From a virus (lineage: Duplodnaviria > Caudoviricetes): a DNA stretch of 64,000 bases. The stretch is taken from IMG/VR virus record IMGVR_UViG_3300025674_000014, one strand, 5' to 3'. Position 1 is the first letter of the stretch, and every line of letters starts with the position of its first letter. The translations under genes were made by a program, and so were the position numbers. The notes under the pieces are model-generated. The model was not told where the DNA came from, did no database searches, and saw only the letters and a program-made list of their open reading frames with translations. Shown here in pieces: positions 63,450-64,000 of this stretch.

Positions 63450-63977
63450 ATGAATAAAGACGAAAAGAGTTTACAAGAACTCTATGAAGCTACACTTTCA
63501 CCTCTTAACGGTGTAGGGTTAGGTCCTCAAGCTGAAGATTCAGCAGGTGGATTAGGAAGCCCTACTATGACCAAAATAGATGTTCAAGATGTTGAAACAC
63601 CTGAAGATGAAGAAAGGGAACAGATTGACGATCACGAGGTTGATATGGCTAAATCAGAGCTTTATAAATTAGCTGAATACGCCCCTAAGTTACTTGATCT
63701 AATTAAAAATTATGATGAATTAGAAGGATGGGTTCAAGCTAAACTTACCAAAGCAAGTGATTATGTTTCTGATATCTACCACTACCTTAAGTATGAAGAA
63801 GAAGCTAATGTACATAGTCATGAAGTTGATGAAGTGCCTCCTGCCCCTATGGGTGGTTGTGGTGGTCCTGCAGCAGTTGAAGTCGATATTGATGAACAAC
63901 CACCAGGTGAAATGGGTGATGAAGAGAAAAAGGGTGTAAACGACGAAGTTATTAAAATGTTAATGAGTCGTTTCTAA
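63450..63977 (+). CDS. Acidic hypothetical late protein
   Basis: Start 63450 (MNKDEKSLQELYEA); helical core DMAKSELYK...LEGWVQAKLTKASDYV. Confidence 0.65.
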   Translation: MNKDEKSLQELYEATLSPLNGVGLGPQAEDSAGGLGSPTMTKIDVQDVETPEDEEREQIDDHEVDMAKSELYKLAEYAPKLLDLIKNYDELEGWVQAKLTKASDYVSDIYHYLKYEEEANVHSHEVDEVPPAPMGGCGGPAAVEVDIDEQPPGEMGDEEKKGVNDEVIKMLMSRF

Positions 63978-64000
63978 TCAGAAGGTAAGTTACTTAATTT

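Noticed and set aside
2919-63939. Short overlapping ORFs in the track (e.g. 3192-3599, 4193-4513, 11514-11837, 31697-31975, 43149-43466, 57224-57557, 62935-63153, 63757-63939)
   Set aside because: They lie antisense or out of frame inside well-supported genes and lack promoter motifs or recognisable domains
1-64000. Giant eukaryotic virus (NCLDV) origin suggested by RFC-like genes, gmd, SOD and GTs
   Set aside because: T4-type portal, gp6, gp25, gp53, gp15, gp62 and TATAAATA promoters identify a tailed myovirus
1-64000. tRNA, rRNA, CRISPR array, introns or inteins, IS elements
   Set aside because: Intergenic gaps are under about 80 bp; no cloverleaf, repeat-spacer pattern, intein ends or transposase motif was seen by eye; tRNAscan was not run
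1-64000. Stop-codon reassignment
   Set aside because: Standard-code ORFs tile the window and conserved proteins are full length; TAA, TAG and TGA all act as stops

Overview
This AT-rich, gene-dense 64 kb window comes from a large T4-like myovirus, not a bacterial chromosome or a giant eukaryotic virus. Most genes lie on the minus strand. Recognisable T4-type structural genes are gp6, gp25, gp53, gp48-like, gp29/tape-measure-like, gp26-like, gp15, the gp20 portal and a gp16-like small terminase. Replication and nucleotide genes are two tandem gp44 clamp-loader paralogues plus gp62, dUTPase, a DinG-type helicase, ThyX, a dATP/dGTP diphosphohydrolase and a PD-(D/E)XK nuclease. There is a partial 7-deazaguanine pathway (folE, queD, queE; no queC or dpdA here). 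A large glycan toolkit includes Gmd, three fucosyltransferase-like folds, two GT7-like enzymes, STELLO-like, GT4/GT9-like, HtrL-like, a sulfotransferase and a methyltransferase. Around the portal sits a block of Thr-rich mucin-like and Cys-rich proteins with a trypsin-fold protease. Auxiliary genes include Mn-type SOD, PPase, PhoH, a GroES-like protein, an Hc1-like protein and an outer-membrane beta-barrel. By hand reading, many genes have their own promoter 5-8 nt before the start codon with no Shine-Dalgarno: NTAAATA for late genes and TTGAAN-N16-TANNNT for early genes. Many late proteins, including SOD, start with a capsid-targeting-like leader. No tRNA, rRNA, CRISPR array, intron or IS was seen. 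All family calls come from motif recognition, not database searches.
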